NCBI GenBank assembly: GCA_965216395.1
Contig: OZ244156.1
Coordinates: 1,454,674-1,518,673 of the forward strand
Direction of reading: 5' to 3'
Length of the DNA: 64,000 nt
From: Alphaproteobacteria bacterium
GTDB lineage: Bacteria; Pseudomonadota; Alphaproteobacteria; Micavibrionales; SZUA-601
The notes beneath the pieces are model-generated. The model searched no databases, was not told the origin of the DNA, and saw only the letters and a program-made list of their open reading frames with translations. Made by a program: the position numbers and the translations under genes. The first letter of the stretch is position 1; each line of letters begins with the position of its first letter. Of the stretch, positions 17,553-27,116 are shown piece by piece.

Positions 17553-17795
17553 AATCTGATTTCCTTTTTTGAATATTTTTTGCGTGGATACCTAAAAGTT
17601 TTTGGTAAAAACTTTTGGTTTTTATTTGAAAAAGCGACGAAAGGAAATCAGTTTATAATGTGATTAAGCACAAGAGATGCTTGCGTGCGACCTTTCGTCG
17701 CCCCGCATTATCATGGACATATTGAATAATGTCTGATGATTAAAACTGTTAGATGTCATATTTTATCTTTACGCGAAAAATAGCATTTGTGTCAA
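17553..17795 (-). promoter_or_regulatory. Promoter, uORF (17759-17664, MTSNSFNHQTLFNMSMIMRGDERSHASISCA*) and switchable terminator/anti-SD leader
   Basis: TTGACA at 17795-17790. Perfect inverted repeats 17634-17644/17691-17701 (11 bp, followed by U5) and 17556-17567/17640-17651 (12 bp, covers the AAGGA SD) overlap at 17640-17644. Confidence 0.65.
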
Positions 17796-17902
17796 TTGAT
17801 TTTTTAGAAATAAATTTGATTATAACAACCCAAAACTTAGTTTGAAAATAGAATAAAAATTCTATAGACTGATTAAAAAAACAACTTACTTTCAGAATAA
17901 TT

Positions 17903-18670
17903 ATGAAAAATTTATGGTTCGGTATTATTGGTAACATGGGTCCAGAAGCTGATATTCTTTTTCAGGATATTATCAGAAAAGAAACCATCAAATATGGCGC
18001 TAAAAAGGATCAAGATCATATAAATATGATCGTTATAAAAAATTCTGATATTCCAGATAGGTCTGAAGCAATCAACGAAGGTGGTTTGAGCCCGGTACCA
18101 GAGCTTTTAAAATCAATAAAAATGCTTGAAAAATTTAAAGTAAAATTTGCTGTTATGCCATGTAACACAGCTCACTATTATAAAGACACGTTACAAAAAG
18201 AAACTTCTATCATTCTCATGGATATGATTGAGGCAACAATCAATCACATCAACCAAAAGAAACATAAAACTGTAGTTGGTGTTTTAATGACCAATGGCAG
18301 TTATAATTCAGGTATCTATGAGAAATATCTAAAAAATAATAATGTCAATTACAAACGATTGGACATCATAGAACAAGAAAAATATGTTCACAGCGCAATA
18401 TATGGTGAAAAAACCAACAAAAATTGTGAAACAGGGCAAAATATTAGAGAAAAAGATGGTATTAAATCAGGTATATATAAAAGAAATATTGAACGTTTAT
18501 CAAAAGCCATAGACATATTTAAAGATAAAAATGTTGATACGATCATTTTAGGCTGTACAGAAATTTCAATTGTTGAAAATGATTTAAGCAAAAAACATCC
18601 AGACATCCATTTTATTAACCCAATGAAAATTATTGCCAAAAAAGTAGTATCTTTGCATATGGGTGTCTAG
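17903..18670 (+). CDS. Aspartate/glutamate racemase family protein
   Basis: GIIGNMGPEA, KDQDHI, PDRS, MPCNTAH and LGCTEI two-cysteine motifs; AT-rich. Confidence 0.92.
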   Translation: MKNLWFGIIGNMGPEADILFQDIIRKETIKYGAKKDQDHINMIVIKNSDIPDRSEAINEGGLSPVPELLKSIKMLEKFKVKFAVMPCNTAHYYKDTLQKETSIILMDMIEATINHINQKKHKTVVGVLMTNGSYNSGIYEKYLKNNNVNYKRLDIIEQEKYVHSAIYGEKTNKNCETGQNIREKDGIKSGIYKRNIERLSKAIDIFKDKNVDTIILGCTEISIVENDLSKKHPDIHFINPMKIIAKKVVSLHMGV

Positions 18671-18676
18671 TAAAAT

Positions 18677-19801
18677 TCAAAACCCATAGTGTTTCGCCAT
18701 TTGGATATAGGTTTGGGTAAAGTGTTTGATCTCTTCTTGCGTAGTGTTCCACCCAAAAGAACAACGTAGCGCGCCTTTGGCTTGCTCTTGTGTTGCCCCC
18801 ATGGCCTGCAACACATGCGACGGTTTAATCGATCCCGAAGAACAGGCCGCGCCTGAAGAAACCGCAATCCCCGCCAAGTCCAGCGCCATCAATTGTGTCT
18901 CGGCGCGTATACCTGGTAAACTTAGTTGAATTGTATTGGCCACCCGTGGCACCTTTTGGCCATAAATAATGACCGCGGGTACAGCTTTTTGGATGGCCTG
19001 TTCCGCATCTTCACGCCAGGCTTGCATCGCTTGAAATTGCGGTAAATCCTGTACGGCTAATTCTGCTGCATAACCAAAACCGATCATAGCGGGCGCGTTT
19101 TCCGTGCCCGCGCGGCGCCCGCGTTCCTGCCCACCGCCATGGGTCATTTTAGCAAGCATTTTTTCTTTATCATGGTTATAAATCAGCGCCCCTACACCCA
19201 TCGGCCCGCCTAATTTATGCGCCGAAAGGGACAGATAATCTATACCTAATTCTGTCATATCCAGTGACATCCGGCCGGCTGCCTGTACCGCGTCACTATG
19301 TACCCAACAAGACCCATGCGCTTTCGCCAATGCAACAATTTCTTGAATCGGTTGAATAACCCCTGTTTCGTTATTAACCATCATCACACTGATCAACGTG
19401 GGTTGCGGATCCGTTGCCAAAGCTTTTTGTAACCAATCTAAATCCAAAACCCCATCGGGTGTCACCGGGATTAATTCAATATTTTTGACCTCTTGAGCCA
19501 CGTCATAAATACTGGGATGTTCAATGGCGCTGATTAAAATACGTGTGGCGGATGTACCATAAATCACTGTATTATTGGCTTCGGTTGCGCCGGATGTAAA
19601 GGTCACATTAATGGGCGGCGCGTTCACCATGGCCGCGACCTGTTCCCGCGCGCGTTCCACATCTTTGCGCATAGCGCGCCCAAAACCATGGATGGAAGAT
19701 GGATTACCCGTTTGTGAAAGCGCATGGGTCATCACCGCCCGCACGGATGGTTTGACCGGCGCAGTGGCATTATAATCAAGATAAATCGTTTCTTTTGACA
19801 T
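18677..19801 (-). CDS. iscS: Cysteine desulfurase (IscS/NifS class V aminotransferase)
   Basis: YLDYNATAP, GNPSSIH, FTSGATEANN, HSDAVQA, LSAHKLGGPMGVG, SSGAACSSG. Confidence 0.9.
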   Translation of the reverse strand: MSKETIYLDYNATAPVKPSVRAVMTHALSQTGNPSSIHGFGRAMRKDVERAREQVAAMVNAPPINVTFTSGATEANNTVIYGTSATRILISAIEHPSIYDVAQEVKNIELIPVTPDGVLDLDWLQKALATDPQPTLISVMMVNNETGVIQPIQEIVALAKAHGSCWVHSDAVQAAGRMSLDMTELGIDYLSLSAHKLGGPMGVGALIYNHDKEKMLAKMTHGGGQERGRRAGTENAPAMIGFGYAAELAVQDLPQFQAMQAWREDAEQAIQKAVPAVIIYGQKVPRVANTIQLSLPGIRAETQLMALDLAGIAVSSGAACSSGSIKPSHVLQAMGATQEQAKGALRCSFGWNTTQEEIKHFTQTYIQMAKHYGF

Positions 19802-19852
19802 ATTTATAATAATCGTTACACTGTCTTTTCTAACTTAAAGAGAAACTATAAC

Positions 19853-20464
19853 ATGACAGATAGATTTTTCGAAGAAAACAAATATGATATCGCGCGACAC
19901 ACTATTCGTAAAATTGTGCATGAAAAAATATTGGAAATAATAATCGAAGATGCTGAAGAGAAGTACAAGATTATACCTAATGAAGAAAATAAATTTCTGC
20001 TATGCTTTGTCAAAGATATAGTAAGCAATTATATAGCTATCAATGAAGAATTAAACTCTCCCGAAAGAAAAATGATTGAAGATAAAAATGGTGATTTAGA
20101 TGTGATGTTGTCTCAATTTGGACTTACTACTGATTGCGATAAAAAATCAAATAAAACGGAAGATTTTAATTATGGTTTTTCCAACAATTTTTTTATAGAA
20201 AAATTATATGGTGTAGAAGAATATTATGAAGATAGAAATCAGCCTGAAATTGATAAAAAATATGATTTTTATACTGATAATTTAGTCAAAAAATATGGTG
20301 AAAATGCAATATATATCGATGCCATTATTTGTGCTGAAAACTGTCTCCATAATTCACAAACCATAAATGAAAAAGAAATAACTATTTTAAACCAAGCCAA
20401 AGAAGTTTTAACGGCAGAGTTCGGCCAAGCAGATCCGTCGGATTTTCCTGATTACGTGCTTTAA
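19853..20464 (+). CDS. Hypothetical acidic protein
   Basis: 203-aa AT-rich ORF; TTTTGACATA (19793-19802) + TACACT upstream. Confidence 0.65.
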   Translation: MTDRFFEENKYDIARHTIRKIVHEKILEIIIEDAEEKYKIIPNEENKFLLCFVKDIVSNYIAINEELNSPERKMIEDKNGDLDVMLSQFGLTTDCDKKSNKTEDFNYGFSNNFFIEKLYGVEEYYEDRNQPEIDKKYDFYTDNLVKKYGENAIYIDAIICAENCLHNSQTINEKEITILNQAKEVLTAEFGQADPSDFPDYVL

Positions 20465-21606
20465 TGAATAATGGCTTTTTGAGCAAAATATTTTTTAAGA
20501 AAAACATGCGGATGTTCACCTTTGACACAAATCTGACGCATGGAGTCAAATTCATCGGGCGCCTGAACATATTCCTTTATCGTAATATTTTTTCCATTTT
20601 CAAACAAATTATCCCCATCGCGTAACGCGACGGTTTCAGGCAGAGCTGTCATTAGAATATCAGGATTCGCATGTAAGAAAAAGGGTTCTGCATAGCGTGG
20701 CTTTTTCAGCAAATCATCATCACCATTCGATAAATCAGATATTTTCACAACACGATGAATAGTCGATGGAAAAAAGCCGTTACTTAAGGCTGTTAATGTG
20801 TGACCGGCATGAATAACGATATCATCGGGGGAATAAGGAATTTCAAGATATTGCTCGGCGGGAATTTTTTCCAAATCAGATTTTGGGCCAAACGAAACCG
20901 CGGTCGGTTGACAGACAGCCAATTGTAAACCACGCACTTCTGATAATGGAATAGCGGTTAATAAACCACTATCGCCATGCGCTTTGGCACGATATTTTTT
21001 ATCAGATATTGTTTTTTTATATGATATATGACCAAAATCATCCAGTTCTTGAATTATTTCAGGCGGGTAATAAAGATAGCGTCCAATATGATTACCCTTT
21101 TGGATTTTATCAGTAAACGCCCCCTTGCGAATGCCCAAACCCTCTTCAAAAATGGTCAATAATTGAGTGCATACCTCAACGCCATGATCATAGTTTTTCG
21201 TTACAATATTTTTGAAATACCTAAATTCAGTATTTAACTTCTTCGCTTGATTTTCTGAATAAGAACTAAGGTTTTCAAGCGTACGATCCTCTGAGTTTTT
21301 TAGCGCTTCACGCACGTGACGTCCCAAATGGAAATACCATTTTGTATCGGTTTTCTTCGGGATATGAAATCCCTCATTATCGTTATCTTCTATCGATAAG
21401 CTTTTAAGCGTTTCTAAGTTATTTTTGAAGAATTGCTCCCGCGCTTCTTGAACGTTTGGACGAAATTGAGATATGGGAGAGTTTCGAAGAACAATAAAAC
21501 CATTATCTTTAAACATCGCCAAAACGTTTTGAGTAAATTTCTGACGATCTTTATTTAAATCACCCCAATCGACAACCGAAAATTTATTCATATTCACCGC
21601 CATCAC
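20461..21606 (-). CDS. 2-oxoglutarate/Fe(II) oxygenase, isopenicillin N synthase-like
   Basis: GFIVLRN, YLYYPP, AHGDSGLLT (HxD), STIHRV, RYAEPFF. Confidence 0.88.
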   Translation of the reverse strand: MMAVNMNKFSVVDWGDLNKDRQKFTQNVLAMFKDNGFIVLRNSPISQFRPNVQEAREQFFKNNLETLKSLSIEDNDNEGFHIPKKTDTKWYFHLGRHVREALKNSEDRTLENLSSYSENQAKKLNTEFRYFKNIVTKNYDHGVEVCTQLLTIFEEGLGIRKGAFTDKIQKGNHIGRYLYYPPEIIQELDDFGHISYKKTISDKKYRAKAHGDSGLLTAIPLSEVRGLQLAVCQPTAVSFGPKSDLEKIPAEQYLEIPYSPDDIVIHAGHTLTALSNGFFPSTIHRVVKISDLSNGDDDLLKKPRYAEPFFLHANPDILMTALPETVALRDGDNLFENGKNITIKEYVQAPDEFDSMRQICVKGEHPHVFLKKYFAQKAIIH

Positions 21607-21669
21607 AAATCCTCCTGTTTATTTAACGTAAAAAATAAACAGTTTCTTGTCAATGGGATAAACAAATAT

Positions 21670-22272
21670 TTAAAAGCGATTTTTGATCACAACCTGTTCA
21701 AGCGGGAGCAAATCGGGGCGTGGCTTCGGCTCTTGGGCTTTTTTGCCAATGGCAACGAACATACCAATCACATGGTCATCAGGGAGATTGATCATTTTGG
21801 CCACTTTATCGCCATCAAAACCAATCATCGGACAACTGTCATACCCCATTTCAACCGCGGCCAACATTAAGGTTTGCGCCGCAATCCCGACCGAACGCAT
21901 GGCTTCGTCACGTTGCATCCATTCGCGACCCTTGTAGAAATTTTCAATCGCGGGGAGGAGAAAATCTTTCGCTTGATCTGTGGCGCTGGCCCAATAACGT
22001 TCGGGATCTTTGGCCCATGACTTTACATCTGCACAAAGAATAACAAGCATGGAACAATCACTGACCTGGGATTGATCCCATGCCACGGCGCGCAATTGAT
22101 TTTTTAAATCTTGATCTTCCACGACAACAAAACGCCAATTTTGAATATTAAAGGATGTTGGCGAAAGTTGCGCCAATTCTAACAATTTTTGCTTTTCTGC
22201 CTCTGTCATAACATGTTTGGCGTCAAATGATTTAACGGCGCGACGGTGTTTGATCGCTTGTGCAGTCTGCAT
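21670..22272 (-). CDS. Nitroreductase family protein
   Basis: RRAVKSF, SPTSFNIQNWRFVVV, LMLAAVEMGYDSCPMIGFD. Confidence 0.93.
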   Translation of the reverse strand: MQTAQAIKHRRAVKSFDAKHVMTEAEKQKLLELAQLSPTSFNIQNWRFVVVEDQDLKNQLRAVAWDQSQVSDCSMLVILCADVKSWAKDPERYWASATDQAKDFLLPAIENFYKGREWMQRDEAMRSVGIAAQTLMLAAVEMGYDSCPMIGFDGDKVAKMINLPDDHVIGMFVAIGKKAQEPKPRPDLLPLEQVVIKNRF

Positions 22273-22595
22273 GATTTTATCCTTTGTTCTACTGAATGTA
22301 ACAGGCACAGACTATCACAATTTTAAAGGGCGATGCCAGCCTTATTTGTTAAGAATTTAGATTTCGATATATTCATATAACATACTGATTTATATCCATA
22401 AATCAAAAAAACTCTTGACGAAATGGTTAATAAAAGACTATAAATAAGATGCTTTTGGGCGATAAAGTTATATCATTTTTAATAAGTAAAAAAATCATTT
22501 ATCGTTATTTGCTAAAAGCATCAAAAAATAAAATAACCTCTTTTCTTATGCACCGTTCTGGTGAATTGAAAAGCAAAAAAAAGGATTCATGACAT

Positions 22596-23258
22596 ATGCC
22601 AGAAATTATTTTTAACGGAACTGCCGGTCGTCTTCAAGGTCGTTATAGTCCCAGTAAAATACCCAACGCTCCTCTGGCTTTATTGATGTCTCCCCACCCG
22701 CAACATGGCGGAACATATAACAATAAAATCGTTCATATTCTCCAAGATGCATTTCGCCAAAATGGTTTTGCAACATTGCGTTTTAACTATCGTGGCGTGG
22801 GCCGTAGCCAAGGTTCTTATGATGATGGTGTGGGCGAATTGGCTGATGCGGCATCCGCACTTGATTGGATGCAAGCGATGCATAAAAATCCATCTGCGCT
22901 TTGGGTGGGTGGATTTTCTTTCGGTTCAATGATCGCCATGCAACTTTTAATGCGCCGTCCGGAAATGTCTGGTTTTATTTCGATTGCGCCACAGGCGAAT
23001 TTATATGATTACTCTTTTCTAGCGCCTTGTCCGGTGGGTGGTCTGGTTGTTCATGCCGAAAATGACACAATTGTGACCCAAGAAAGTGTTGATGGTTTGG
23101 TGGAACGGATTCGCGAACAACGCGGCCATGATGCAATTGATTACCGTCTTATCCCTGGGGCTAATCATTTCTTCCATGGATGCGAAGACGCTTTGGCCAA
23201 TGAAATCACAAACTACATCGCCGATACACAAAATTTCCGTCGTATGGCGGCTGAATAA
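22596..23258 (+). CDS. Alpha/beta hydrolase (type usually next to alphaproteobacterial isc genes)
   Basis: MPEIIFNGTAGRLQGRY, PHPQHGGT, RFNYRGVGRSQG, GFSFGS nucleophile elbow, ANHFF. Confidence 0.93.
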   Translation: MPEIIFNGTAGRLQGRYSPSKIPNAPLALLMSPHPQHGGTYNNKIVHILQDAFRQNGFATLRFNYRGVGRSQGSYDDGVGELADAASALDWMQAMHKNPSALWVGGFSFGSMIAMQLLMRRPEMSGFISIAPQANLYDYSFLAPCPVGGLVVHAENDTIVTQESVDGLVERIREQRGHDAIDYRLIPGANHFFHGCEDALANEITNYIADTQNFRRMAAE

Positions 23259-23293
23259 TAACAATCCTTAAAAGAAAAAAGGAGATTATACCC

Positions 23294-23509
23294 ATGGTTC
23301 ATTCAACAGATATAACAACCGATTTCTGTCAATTACCCAGCAATGATTGTGATCATGCCCGTATCGGTAATATTTCTGTACAAAGCCTGAAAAAAACCGC
23401 GCGGCGTTTTAAAATTCGTAATATTCGTGTTCGTAAATCAGATGATGTACTTTATACAAAACCTTTTCGTTCTAATAATAATGTGCCCATGGGTCATCGC
23501 ATCTATTAA
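23294..23509 (+). CDS. Small hypothetical protein
   Basis: 71 aa, AAGGAG SD upstream, intrinsic terminator immediately downstream. Confidence 0.6.
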   Translation: MVHSTDITTDFCQLPSNDCDHARIGNISVQSLKKTARRFKIRNIRVRKSDDVLYTKPFRSNNNVPMGHRIY

Positions 23510-23528
23510 AAGATTAAGATCGTAACGT

Positions 23529-23558
23529 AAAACCGCCTAAATTTAAGGCGGTTTTTTT
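23529..23558 (+). terminator. Intrinsic terminator
   Basis: AAAACCGCCT-AAATTTA-AGGCGGTTTTTTT. Confidence 0.85.
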
Positions 23559-23571
23559 ATGCTTAAAAAAA

Positions 23572-23601
23572 TATTGACATAAAATTATTTTTCTTTATAT
23601 T
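23572..23601 (+). promoter_or_regulatory. Extended promoter, TATTGACATA (23572-23581) + TATATT (23596-23601)
   Basis: Exact 10-mer, 16-bp spacer; upstream of orphan 23631. Confidence 0.55.
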
Positions 23602-23630
23602 TTTATACATAATCATATAGGAGGCAAAAA

Positions 23631-24005
23631 ATGGGTAGTGTAAAATACGGGGGCGGTTTTGCAGATGGTGAAGAGCCAAAAGAAGATAAAAAAGGTCTTT
23701 TGGATTTCGACGTCATTTTCAAAAAGAAACAAATCCTTATATACGGGGCGATTTTACTTGCTGGACTTTTTAGTGGCTTAGCCATTGGCGACGATATGAA
23801 AAAAAATAAGCAAGATATCGAAAATAATCATATCCGTCATGAAAATAGATTGGCCAAAGTGCATCGGGCGGAGGAAGAACGGCTTCAGCAAAAGATAGAA
23901 GACACCACTGTTTATTTTCAAGAACAATTAAAGATCACAAAACAAAGTCTTGAAGATTGTCAGAATAAACCAATTATTCAAGACGTTAAGCCAATCATCA
24001 ATTAA
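23631..24005 (+). CDS. Hypothetical single-TM coiled-coil protein
   Basis: 124 aa, GGAGG SD, one hydrophobic segment followed by a charged helical region. Confidence 0.7.
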   Translation: MGSVKYGGGFADGEEPKEDKKGLLDFDVIFKKKQILIYGAILLAGLFSGLAIGDDMKKNKQDIENNHIRHENRLAKVHRAEEERLQQKIEDTTVYFQEQLKITKQSLEDCQNKPIIQDVKPIIN

Positions 24006-24361
24006 GCAACCAACAGCCCCACCGGTTCACCCCCCAAAATATGGAGATGAAGATGGGGCACTTCTTGACCGCCGTGATTGCCGATATTGCTAATCACGCG
24101 AAAGCCATTTTCATGCAAACCAAGCTTCTTGGTAATTTTTGGAATGACACGAATAAGCGCACAGATTTCTTCATCCGTCGCACGTGTTGCAAAATCATTG
24201 ATATCAACAAACGCCCCTTTTGGGATGATTAAAATATGGGTCTTTTTCTGCGGCGCAATATCCCAAAACGCCAAAACATGATCATCTTCATAAACCATTT
24301 GATTAGCGGGAATATCACCGCGTAAAATCTTGGCAAAAATATTATTATCATCATAGGTCAT
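24002..24361 (-). CDS. Histidine triad (HIT) nucleotide-binding protein
   Basis: NIFAKILRGDIP, HILIIPK, GQEVPHLHLHILGG. Confidence 0.95.
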   Translation of the reverse strand: MTYDDNNIFAKILRGDIPANQMVYEDDHVLAFWDIAPQKKTHILIIPKGAFVDINDFATRATDEEICALIRVIPKITKKLGLHENGFRVISNIGNHGGQEVPHLHLHILGGEPVGLLVA

Positions 24362-24388
24362 AGAGTGACTCTTTCTCTTAAGTTTAAC

Positions 24389-25264
24389 TTATTGATAGGG
24401 TTTGGCCACACGGCGGAAACTATTGGGGTATTTCTCATGGGCGCTAACAATTTCATCCACAACCCCACTATTGACAAGTTCATCTAAGGCCATATTCATC
24501 GTATCCAATAAATCATTTTCGCCCATCGCCACAGAAAAAGAATTGGGATAAACAATGATCGGTTGATCGCTCGTGATATTTTTAATCGTGTTTGGATTAT
24601 GGGCCAAATAGGCATGGCCTTGATAGATCTCAACAAAGGTGACATCCGCTTTGCCATTTTCAACATTCAACAAATTAAACGTATAATCACTTAATGCGGG
24701 CAAAGAAAGCACGGATGCTTTGGGAAATAAATCTTGGGCCAAATGAAACGGCATCGTACCATCAATAGCGGATATTTTTACGTCTGAGTGATTGATTTGG
24801 GCAAGATTATCTTGATTAAATCGTAGATCGTCCTGCCGTGTCCATGCGCCCACAGCGCTATACCATAAGGGTCGTGCAAAACGAACATGATGGGCGCGCG
24901 CACTGACAGGCCAAGCCGCACTGCATAGCGCATCAAATTTTTTTGTTTTGAGATCTTCGGCAAAATCGGCCAAACTGGTTTCAAAAACCCAATCGACCTG
25001 CCAGTTTAATTTACGCGCCATTTTCTCGGTGATTTCATACATAATGCCCGATAATTCCCCTGTGACTGTGTCTTTATGAAAGGCGGGCGGATAATGCGCA
25101 TAACCACATCGCAAAACCCCTGTTTCCATCACCCGTTGATAAGCGGTTGGGTTCTTATGCGTATCTTTTTTCTGTACCTCATTGTGATTGTTAAAAAACA
25201 GAATGACACTTGCGGCGACAAGCGCCGATAATAGGCTTAAAGTAATAACAGATAAAATTTTCAT
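24389..25264 (-). CDS. Amino-acid ABC-type substrate-binding protein (family 3)
   Basis: GVLRCGYAHYPP, GELSGIMYEI, GKADV; N-terminal signal/anchor. Confidence 0.85.
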   Translation of the reverse strand: MKILSVITLSLLSALVAASVILFFNNHNEVQKKDTHKNPTAYQRVMETGVLRCGYAHYPPAFHKDTVTGELSGIMYEITEKMARKLNWQVDWVFETSLADFAEDLKTKKFDALCSAAWPVSARAHHVRFARPLWYSAVGAWTRQDDLRFNQDNLAQINHSDVKISAIDGTMPFHLAQDLFPKASVLSLPALSDYTFNLLNVENGKADVTFVEIYQGHAYLAHNPNTIKNITSDQPIIVYPNSFSVAMGENDLLDTMNMALDELVNSGVVDEIVSAHEKYPNSFRRVAKPYQ

Positions 25265-25851
25265 GGCTTTATATCCTCAAGATTTTTCTTGAGCTTAGCG
25301 TTGAGGGGTTTTTGGAAATAAATACCTTTATACACTTTGCCTTTGACCTTGGCATAAAGAGGATTGACCGCCCATTGCGTATAGCCAACTTTTTTAAAAA
25401 AAGCGATGGCTTGGGTTTGAGTTTCACGGACATCCAAACGGACAACATCGACATTATTTTTCTTAGCAAATTTCTCAGTCTCAGCCATAATTTTTTGACC
25501 CAAACCTTTACCGCGTGCCCATGGCGCAACAAAGGTTGAAATAATTTTAGCGGAAAAAGACTGCGCTTCATTATTGCTGGGCTGTCGAATTAATTGGACC
25601 GCGCCGGCAATCGTACCATCCAAACGCCCGACGAATAAATCCCGATGGGGAACCAAAATAACACCTTTCCAATAGCGCTCCAAAACTTCGCGCGATGGCG
25701 TTTTTATCCAACCAAAACCACCGCCGTTTTTAATGGCGCTTTCCGTCGCGTCACACAAATCATTCATATCCAACGGGCTGATTTCTGTCATATGTTCCGC
25801 TTTGATTTTTATTAATTTTGCGTCTTTGTTTTTAAACATCTTATCTCCCAA
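25261..25851 (-). CDS. GNAT family N-acetyltransferase
   Basis: FVAPWARGKGLG acetyl-CoA motif, LDVRETQ, FKKVGY. Confidence 0.9.
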   Translation of the reverse strand: MGDKMFKNKDAKLIKIKAEHMTEISPLDMNDLCDATESAIKNGGGFGWIKTPSREVLERYWKGVILVPHRDLFVGRLDGTIAGAVQLIRQPSNNEAQSFSAKIISTFVAPWARGKGLGQKIMAETEKFAKKNNVDVVRLDVRETQTQAIAFFKKVGYTQWAVNPLYAKVKGKVYKGIYFQKPLNAKLKKNLEDIKP

Positions 25852-26349
25852 TTATTTTTTAGATCGTTTTAAAATTAAAATATAACGTCCCTGATTTTCA
25901 CTGGGTTTTGAAAGGGCGCGAATAAACGGCGCAATTTCTTTATGTTCGGCCCATAAGGGCAATTCGCGCCGAATAATCCCCGTTCCCTTTTTGGGGTCGC
26001 CCTTACCCGTGATCACAATAATACACTGTTTGCCTGCCAAAGCACAATCTTTGATATAGGTACGAAATAAGGCATGCGCCTGGGCCACGGTTAATCCATG
26101 TAAATCCAATCGACCATCGACGGGCAGTTGCCCTTTATCAATTTGTCGCCATGTTTTACGATCCATTGTTAAATTGGATATCTGTGGTTTTTTCGGCGCT
26201 GATTTTGATAGAGATGTTTTTTTTGGTGAGCGTCTTTTTACCACCGATTTTGCTGGTTTTTCTGTTTGAGACGTTTCTGACAAAACATCATCGCGGTTAA
26301 GCGGCGTTATCGTTTGGGTAATTTGGTCCCATAGGTTATCATCATTCAT
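25852..26349 (-). CDS. Smr/MutS2 domain protein
   Basis: RLDLHGLT...IVITGKG...GIIR. Confidence 0.92.
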   Translation of the reverse strand: MNDDNLWDQITQTITPLNRDDVLSETSQTEKPAKSVVKRRSPKKTSLSKSAPKKPQISNLTMDRKTWRQIDKGQLPVDGRLDLHGLTVAQAHALFRTYIKDCALAGKQCIIVITGKGDPKKGTGIIRRELPLWAEHKEIAPFIRALSKPSENQGRYILILKRSKK

Positions 26350-26416
26350 TGACTAATCTCTTCTTTAGAAACTTAGTTTACTCTATAATGACGATGATCA
26401 AAAAGGGTTTTTAACG

Positions 26417-27112
26417 ATGTTGAAAAAAATATTTCTATCACTGATTTTATTTGGCTGTTTATCAACAAAACCAGTATTCGCGCAAAATGCGCTGGATTTA
26501 GTGTCCATTCCCGTTGAAATTGCCATGATGTACCAAAAGGTACAGGGTCAGATACCCGATTTTGAAAAACTCGCCTTATTGACACCAAATTACCAAAAAG
26601 CGCCCGATTTTGCGAAAACAGAAGTTTTATATAGCCAAGCCAAAACTTTAAAAAATATTTTTCACGATGATGCGCGTATGAACCATATTGTTGTTTTGGA
26701 TGATTTACTTATTGATACATATAATCCCCAAAATTATGAATTCTCATTCCGAGATTTTGATTTTGATAAATACTATCTTTATATATATGGCGATGAAACT
26801 TATATTCTCTTTATTCGCAATATTGATGATTATCAAATATTTAAGGCGAATAATAAATCCCACGGGTTTATCAGTTCTGCTTATATCAAAAATGATTATG
26901 TTGCAGCTGAATTAATTCTTAAACCCGTTCGTGCTGATATTAATCCTTACATCATGGATGATAAAACACCCGCCAATTTAATCTTAGCCGATTTAGAAGA
27001 AATTAAACTGGTGACTTATGAGTCGGGACAGATTCTTTATCACGATATTAGTCAAAAATTGAAAGCCAAAACCCATTTACAAAAAGTGAGTAACGACCTG
27101 TTCAATAATTAA
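26417..27112 (+). CDS. Exported hypothetical protein (DUF4852-like, from recall)
   Basis: Signal peptide ending VFA; MYQKVQGQIPDFE. Family call unverified. Confidence 0.55.
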   Translation: MLKKIFLSLILFGCLSTKPVFAQNALDLVSIPVEIAMMYQKVQGQIPDFEKLALLTPNYQKAPDFAKTEVLYSQAKTLKNIFHDDARMNHIVVLDDLLIDTYNPQNYEFSFRDFDFDKYYLYIYGDETYILFIRNIDDYQIFKANNKSHGFISSAYIKNDYVAAELILKPVRADINPYIMDDKTPANLILADLEEIKLVTYESGQILYHDISQKLKAKTHLQKVSNDLFNN

Positions 27113-27116
27113 AATT

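Noticed and set aside
17553-17795. SAM-II/SAM-alpha riboswitch upstream of the DUF62 gene
   Set aside because: No UGAUUU...GCUAAA pseudoknot consensus is seen; the uORF/attenuator reading fits better
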